From Octopus vulgaris (Eukaryota): a stretch of DNA of 64,000 bases. Position 1 is the stretch's first letter; each line of letters opens with the position of its first letter. The stretch covers positions 64,170,001 to 64,234,000 of the forward strand of contig OX597823.1 of assembly GCA_951406725.2 (NCBI GenBank), given 5' to 3'. Below the pieces are notes generated by a model, which did no database searches, was not told the DNA's origin, and saw only the letters and a program-made list of their open reading frames with translations. A program made the translations under genes and the position numbers. Positions 56,285 to 64,000 of the stretch are shown here, piece by piece.

Positions 56285-58022
56285 ATGTATTTATATATTA
56301 TGTTTACATTATATTATATTATATATGTTTCCTGAGTACCATTTTCTAATTGAATTTCATTTCTTTTCTTTAGTTTTTATTTATTAAATTTCATTTTAAA
56401 TTCTCTTAATTCTTTTTTCTTTTGTAATATTTATAGAAGAATCTCTTTTAAGTTTTATAACTTACTGTATTTGTTTCATTTATTGATTCAATAGAAATGA
56501 CTAATTTATTTGATATTTATTTCTTAAGTCAACTAATTTACTTGTAGCATTTATTCGTGTTTTAATGCTGTCGATGTAGGTATGTCCATTTGGTTAAAAA
56601 TCTTGCTCTGTTACCAGATGGTTTCACTTCTACTGTGCCATACCTTGATTATGTGTCTTTGTGTCTTTTACCATGGCCTGATGTTAGCCCAAACATTGTT
56701 ATGTAAATTTTGGAAACCTGTCTGGTGGTATGTATTTGTCCTATCAGTGGTGGACTTAATTGACTCTTTGGTTTAACACCATGACTTAGCCCTTCAGTCT
56801 TTTTGGCAGAATCTATTTTTAGTGTTTTTAGCTGAGTCCATTTTTGATGTTTTCAGTAGAATCTATTTTTGGTGTTTTTAGCAGAGTCCACTTTGAGTAT
56901 TTTAGTAGTCTTTTTTCTATATTTTTAGCAGTCTTTAATCTGAGTGCTGAGGCCAAGCCTTCAGTCTGTGAATGTAAAGATCTTTCTCCCTTTACAATAT
57001 TGGTCTTGGAGGCCTTGTGAATAAGGGTTTTAGGCATAACTTATCATCCACTGATTAAACTTAGAAAGCTTTGTTTATTTTCTACTATATTTGCCTGATA
57101 AACTTGTTCCAGTTTATCAGGCTGAGAAAAAATTATCTCTATTTATGATTGAATGGTTACTGAAAGGAAATGGATCTAGTTACAAAAAAATTTTTAACTA
57201 CATAAAAACAAATAGATATAGAATAATAAAAAAAAAAATGAATTTTCTACAAAAGTTATCTCACCCATACGAACAGGGAAATGAATGGATATAAAGACAA
57301 TAATAGTTAAAAACGATAATAAATAGAATAAAAAAAGTTGTTACTCTGTATTTGTACAGACAATACTGAAAGCAAACAAAAGTATTATTTGTGGTAATTA
57401 TCAGAATTCTAAGACATAAAGTGCTTATCTTTTGGCAAGAATTGGTATAGTAAAGAGGTAAAAATAAATAGGGGGAAGTGTGTTATTGTGCAGTGTGGAT
57501 AAGGGAGACAAAATATTTCTCTTGGATTTAGACTGAGACTTTCATCTGTGACAAAAACCAAAAAAAAAAAAGCCGGAAGATGAAATAACAGCCTTTAGTA
57601 CACTTTGAAATATTTTGATAGATGCTGGTGTTTATTTTGTCAGAAGATTTATTACCCCAAACAATGCCACCTACCATGTTGATTTGCACTCAATAACACC
57701 AAAAATAGTTCAGATTTTTTTTTTTCCTTAATACACATTTATTTTTATTTGAAATATTATTAGCATTAAGGAGAAAAGAGTTTATGACTATAGATAAATG
57801 ATAAAAATCAGTCGAATACTAGTCAAATATAATTGAAATTATGAAGATATCAGTGTCAGTGAAGAACCACTCAGTAAACATTGAAATACTTGTGGAATTT
57901 TTTTCTGTTGTTGTTTTTATTTTCCCCTTAATTTTATTGGTTTTTTGCTCAAAAATAGCTATTATATGTATTCAGACTTGGTGTTTTGTTGTCATCTCAT
58001 TCATTGCAAATTCACACACTCA

Positions 58023-58131
<109 letters not shown>

Positions 58132-58634
58132 ATGTATGTATGTATGTATGTATGTATGCATATCTTATTTGTTTGATATGGTTTTTCTCCATGATTCGAT
58201 AATATCAAATTAAAACATTTTCACTTTAGTTATCAAAAACAACTACCAAGGATAAATCAAATTCCATACAATAATTTTATTTCAAATATTCAAATTGTTT
58301 TGTTATTCAAGAAAACTAATGAAAAAAAAATTTTTTTTTTTTGGCCTGTTATATTTTGTTTTATTTTATTCAAATATTTCTTTCTTTTCTCCTGTAAATT
58401 ATAGAAATCTTTGATGAAGATTAGTAGAGGTTAATAACCCTACCTCAACACAGATTTCTACACACAGGGCCACCACCCTACCTCAACTTTTACAATTAAC
58501 CTTCACCGCCCTCTCTAATTGTATAAAATACAGCCCATTCATTTCCTGATTTCTTTTGTATGACCAAATTCTTACTATTATTGTTGTTGTTGTTGTCATC
58601 AGCACTGTTGCAGTTTGTTTTTGGCATTGTTTTC

Positions 58635-59036
58635 ATTACTCTTTTACTTGTTTCACTCATGTGACTGTGGCCATGCTGGAGCACCACCTTTAGTCGAGCA
58701 AATCAACCCCAGGACTTATTCTTTGTAAGCCTAGTACTTATTCTATCGGTCTCTTTTGCTGAACTGCTAAGTTACGGGGATGCAAACACACCAGCATCGG
58801 TTGTCAAGCAATGTCATGGGGACAAACACAGACACACAAACACATACACACACATACATACATATATACATATATACGACGGGATTCTTTCAGTTTCCAT
58901 CTATTAAATCCACTCACAAGGCTTTGGTCAACCTAATATTGATGATTAGATGAAAGACTTCCCAAGGTGCCATGCAGTGGGACTGAACCTGGAACCAAGA
59001 GGTTCATAAGCAAGCTACTTTCCTTACCACACAGCC
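58635..59036 (-). mobile_element. SINE family A, full length
   Basis: Reverse-complement copy from tail to head. Confidence 0.9.
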
Positions 59037-59861
59037 AGTTAAACTTCACTGTCAACCTTAATTGGTAAATCTTATAATCTAAAGTATTTCATGTCCATTG
59101 CTTGGAAATCTTTCATCACACATCTGTGACCTCTTGAGTGACCCTTTCCATCCCTGTGTTTCCTTTCACACATTAGACTGTGGCCATGCTGGGGCACTGC
59201 CTTGAAGAATTTTCAGTTGAATGAATCAACCCCAGTACCTATTTTATTTTAAAGCCTGATACTTATTCTACCAGTCCTTTTTGCTGAACTGCTAAAGTTA
59301 CGAGGTGATAAACACACCAACACTGGTTGTCAATCAGTGGTGGGACAAACACTGGTGTTTTTAAAGGATTTCTCTCCGTTGCACACACACACACACACAC
59401 ACATACACACACACACATGACAAGCTTCTTTCAGATTCCACTTACCAAATCTACTCACAAGGCTTTGGCCAGCCTGAGGCTATAGTAGAAGACACTTGTG
59501 ATATCTTTCCTACTCTGACAAAAATATAACAGTATATAGACTGAGAGTGGAATGTGAATGGAGGTGGGAAGTACAGGATTTTTGTAAAGTGAGAGGAGGA
59601 GTGAACAGATTTGCTGAAGTGAGAAGGGGAGGTTGTATATTTAGTTGAGAGAGGGAGGTAAGAGATTTCGTCAGGTGAGGAGGATAGATTTGATGAAGTA
59701 AGAGGGGAAGTAACTTATTTAGTGAAGTGAATGGAGTTGAATAAAAAGCTTATTCTCAGTTGGGACACTATTGTAATTTCTTCTACCCAATGCTCCACTA
59801 ATTAAATTGTAGAGGCTCCCTTGATTGTAATGTAAACTGGGAAATCATTTCCTGCAAAGTA

Positions 59862-60180
59862 AAGATCCCCTTTGGTCATGAATGACCATGGGATTGCACA
59901 TAGAAAGTTACTCTCTGAGGCACAAGTCCAGGCAAGCAGTAGTCACCCATGCATACCAGCGTCCCTTCTGCACACCACCAGTGTTATTCCAAGGGAAAGG
60001 CAAAGGCTGATAAACTTGGCACCAGTGATGTCACAACTCATTTCTGCAGCTGAGTAAACTGGAGCAATATGAAATTAAGTGTCTTGCTTAAGAACACAAC
60101 ACACAGCCTGGTCTGGCAATCAAACTCACTACCTCATGATTGTGAGCCCGATGCTCTAACCACTGAGCCATGTGCCTTCA
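59862..60180 (-). mobile_element. tRNA-derived CORE-like SINE, family D; heads also at about 34578-34740 and 41026-41270
   Basis: Minus strand gaaggcacatggctcagtggttagagc...gtgttgtgttcttaagcaagacactt. Confidence 0.8.
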
Positions 60181-60274
60181 CTACTATTTCCTACTCTACA
60201 GTACCTACTTACAGCTATCTTATTTTTTGTTTTTTTTTTGTGTTTTCTTGTTTGGATTAACTATATATATATAT

Positions 60275-60530
60275 ATATTGTTGTATTTAGGAATGGTCAT
60301 TTTGCCACTTTAGCCAATAAAAACACATGCACTATATATTTGGTATTACTTTGCTTCAGTGTTACTTATTTTTTACATTAATCTTAATCTTATTTTGGCC
60401 AAAGTAACACCAAATATATAGTGCGTGTGTTTTTATTGGCTAAACTGGCAAAATGGCCATTCCTGAATACCAATAATATTTGTTTCAACACACGATTTCA
60501 CATCAAAAATCTGGCAAAACAAATATATAA
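60275..60530. repeat. Inverted repeat with arms of about 78 bp (60275-60353, 60400-60478) and a 46-nt spacer, inside microsatellite
   Basis: gaatggtcattttgccactttagccaataaaaacacatgcactatatatttgg pairs with ccaaatatatagtgcgtgtgtttttattggctaaactggcaaaatggccattc. Confidence 0.85.
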
Positions 60531-60541
60531 ACACATGCATG

Positions 60542-60669
<128 letters not shown>

Positions 60670-60925
60670 TATAACAATTTTAGCTAGGTGTAAAAACCAC
60701 CTAAGGGATATTAAATATCTGAAGAAGTTACTAGGAACAGATGATGATAATATATATATATACATACGATGGGCTTCATTCGGCTTCCATCTATCAAATA
60801 GACTCAGAAGGGTTTGGTTGGCCCAAGGCTATAGTAGGAGATACTTGTCCAAGGTGCCCAGACAGTGAGACTGAACCAGGAACCATGTGGTGGTTGGTAA
60901 GCAAGCTACTCACCACACAGTCACT

Positions 60926-61017
<92 letters not shown>

Positions 61018-61040
61018 AACACATATATATATATATAAAT

Positions 61041-61284
61041 ATATACTTTATTTAAAGCAGCTGAAAATTCAACAAAACCTGTTACTCTGAGTTTCAATTT
61101 CCGTTCATCTGACAGTTTTTGCTAGAATGGAGCAAAAACTGTCTGACGAACGGAAACGTGAAACTCAGAGTAACAGGTTTTATTGAATTTTCTGCTGCTT
61201 TAAATAAAGCATATTACTCTACCACTGGTATTTGAGTACTCATTTTTCCACCTTGTTTCACATTTATGTGTTTACTCCGGTATA
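61041..61284 (+). mobile_element. PLE pseudo-LTR-like unit with inverted partial duplication, embedded in TA/CA microsatellite
   Basis: Arms of about 83 bp (61041-61123 and 61131-61214) are reverse complements. The right arm carries the intact HHR and extends to about 61284. Confidence 0.7.
61139..61176 (+). ncRNA. Minimal type I hammerhead ribozyme motif with intact core
   Basis: ctgt CTGACGA acg-gaaa-cgt GAAAC tcaga GTA acag. Stem I ctgt/acag, stem II acg/cgt with GAAA loop, near-palindromic stem III actc-a-gagt, GUA cleavage triplet at 61170-61172. Confidence 0.8.
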
Positions 61285-61299
61285 TAAATATATATACAT

Positions 61300-61335
<36 letters not shown>

Positions 61336-61545
61336 GTATATGTAAATAGTAAGAGATTACTGCAAACATTTACTGGTTTGCTCTCAGATATTCAGAATAG
61401 GTTATTCAACGGTTAATATATAAATCCAATAATATTCTTATATGATAAGAATTTAGAGATATATGTTGTTGGATAATTCTGAATATATTACCATAACTGT
61501 ATAGGTTTCCTGGAGTATATAATCTCAACAATAATGATAAGGATT

Positions 61546-61838
61546 CAGTTCTATATTTAAGAGATGAGGAATTATATACATTATTTACATTATTTACAAT
61601 CAATGGATATTTGTCCTCATCTTGTTTGTCGTTAACACAACATTTCGGCTGATATACCCACCCCCAGCCTTCTTCAGGTGTCTTGGGGAAATTTTGAACC
61701 TGGGTTGTCATTCCTAAGGTATTTTTCGATGTTAATATTATTATTATTATTATTGTTATTGTTCATGTCACTGCTTGGAATCGAACTCAAAATGTTGGGG
61801 TTAGTAGCCTATGCTCTTAACTACTACATCATATGCCC
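61546..61838 (-). mobile_element. Short element with tRNA-like Pol III head and hammerhead-bearing tail (candidate PLE-dependent SINE/retrozyme)
   Basis: Minus strand: A-box-like tgatgtagtagttaag (61816-61831), B-box gagttcgattcc (61777-61788), (AAT)n spacer, then gacac CTGAAGA a ggctg...cagcc GAAAt GTT gtgtt (61634-61682). Ends ...cttaaatatagaactg. A second copy lies at 2723-2984. Confidence 0.7.
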
Positions 61839-61844
61839 ACTGGA

Positions 61845-62312
61845 TAACAAAGGAGATCTTCCTATGAGCAGCATGAGTGGCTTAAGTTAGCACTAGAAGA
61901 AAAATGACCCACTTTGGTTTCAAGACAAATGGTGTTGTTCCATCAGGATAATGCTCAGCCACATATAGTGAGAATGACATTCCAAAGGCTGGAGCAGTTT
62001 GATTGGGAAAGACACCCCACCTACCATATTTGCCGGACATTGCCCCATCTGATTATCATTTATTCCGAAGTCTTCAAAGTCATTTGGATGGGAAAAATAT
62101 GAATTCTGAAGATGAGGTCAGAACAGTACTGTAGGAGTATTTTTCATCACAGACAAGTGAGTTTTGGCAGAGGGCACTTGCAAATCTACCAGAGAGATGA
62201 AAGAGCACTGTGGAAAATGAAGGAGAGTATATTTTAGATTAAGAATCTACTTTGTTTTTCTCAGTTTTGAAAATTAAAAGAAGTATAAAAAAACCGCATT
62301 ATTTATGGGATG

Positions 62313-62318
<6 letters not shown>
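61845..62318 (+). mobile_element. Mariner 3' fragment with TIR
   Basis: LFHQDNAQPH...PDIAPSDYHLFRSLQ. Ends ttatttatgggatgacctta-ta. Confidence 0.85.
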
Positions 62319-62374
<56 letters not shown>

Positions 62375-62515
62375 TATATAGATAGATAGATATTTATCAT
62401 CATCATCATTTAACATCTGCCTTCCATACTATATATATATATGGTTGGCGTTAGGAAGGGCATCCAGCAGAAACACTGCCAGATAAGACTGGAGCCTGGT
62501 GCAGCCTTAGATAGC

Positions 62516-62549
<34 letters not shown>

Positions 62550-63143
62550 TATATATATATATATATATTATCAACATCATCATCATTTAACATCTGCTTC
62601 CATGCTGGCATATATATCAAAATAATCAACAAGGATATCCAGAGGTAATGCAGTACGATCATTTCATGTAACTCCATTTAATTGAACAATGTAATCATTA
62701 CATCAATTTAAAATGCAGAGCAATTTTCAGCTGCACAAAGACATAGAATTAGAACAGATGGACACATTAGTATAATTATACCTAAAATCTTCCAAGAAGT
62801 GAAGGAGATAGACAAAGAACATGCTGTTCTTACTCCAGCATAGAAGTTACTAAGTTTTTCAAGAAGATATACATTGTAACAGACTCTGCCTAACTTTATC
62901 AACTTATTGGCCTTCAGTAAATCTTCCAAAATTATGCAGACATCTAAATTTGAAGTAACCCTTCCAGCCATGCTGATATGATGAAAACCGATGCTAGAGC
63001 AAAGAAGGACAATTGATGAAGTATACATCAATAACAACAACGAAAACATGAAACAAACAAAAACTTAACTAAATTAGAGTAATATAAATAGTTATGACCC
63101 TACCTCATACAAATGAATTTAATGGGGGTTTTATAAATTTATG

Positions 63144-63324
<181 letters not shown>

Positions 63325-63575
63325 TTTTTTGTGTGTAGTGAAGGGAAGAGTGAATTTGTGAATATAACTTGATTGAGATGATGTTGATGATAATTGTATG
63401 TACTGATAAGGAAAATTTAAATTGAAATAGTTAAGTCAGCTCCAAAGAAAATTAGCCCACATTGAGAGAATGAAAAGAATGGAGATAAATCAAGCTTGCT
63501 ATGCAAGCATTTTTAAAATCATACCAAAATGGAAAAAGGGAGGAAGAGTGAGAGAAGCAGGGAGAAAGAAAGAGT

Positions 63576-63617
<42 letters not shown>

Positions 63618-64000
63618 GGAAGAGAAAGAAAGAGATTATATGTATTTAGAAGTAGAAGAAAAATGTTTATTATTCATTTGTTCATTTTTACGTCTGTTTT
63701 TCCATGCTAGCATGGGTTAGGTGGATATATTGTTGCAGCATTGCTCATGGGTGGGTGCTTTTCTAGCTGTTAACCCTTACCTGTTTTTTTCTGTTAAGGG
63801 ATATCTTATTCCACGGATCTTTGAAGGTGCAAAGCCGATGGATGATATATTGACAGAGTAAATGACAGAAGCTGAAATGTTCAGAACTGAACAATTTTCA
63901 AAGAAGCACAGATGTAAACAAATACACATGCATACATGTGTTCATATGGCGGGGACAAAGTCAACTTTTTCGAGTCACGGCGACTGATAAGGACCAGTTG

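Noticed and set aside
56808-57037. Minus-strand 69-aa ORF with repeated KTxK motifs
   Set aside because: A degenerate 24-25 bp minisatellite whose unit length breaks frame.
62640-62680. Minus-strand gaaatgatcgtactgc, resembling the 3' half of a hammerhead
   Set aside because: The 5' half is missing, so at most a truncated relic.

Overview
AT-rich, repeat-dominated eukaryotic DNA. The SINE families and (TA)n/(CA)n/(AAT)n microsatellite load suggest an octopus-type cephalopod genome (inferred, not verified). Almost all ORFs in the track are microsatellite artefacts or transposon relics. The only host-gene signal I found is two small + strand coding exons (27006-27114 and 43142-43257) with matching splice phase. 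Their joined peptide resembles an ASH/Ig-like segment of CFAP65 (CCDC108), so the window is probably mostly the very large introns of that gene. The rest holds tRNA-derived SINEs, Tc1/mariner (DD34D, DD41D, Tc1, pogo), piggyBac and hAT MITEs, Helitron, RTE, CR1-like and R4/Dong-like LINE fragments, and a Penelope-like (PLE) GIY-YIG fragment. The most notable observation is a set of short non-coding elements from at least three unrelated families carrying minimal type I hammerhead ribozyme (HHR) motifs, two of them with inverted partial duplications. One family joins a tRNA-like Pol III head to an HHR tail, which makes it a candidate PLE-mobilised ribozyme SINE/retrozyme. There is also a tail-outward palindromic retroinsertion with a 17-bp target-site duplication (TSD). 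Repeat boundaries were read by eye and are approximate unless a TSD or terminal inverted repeat (TIR) is quoted.
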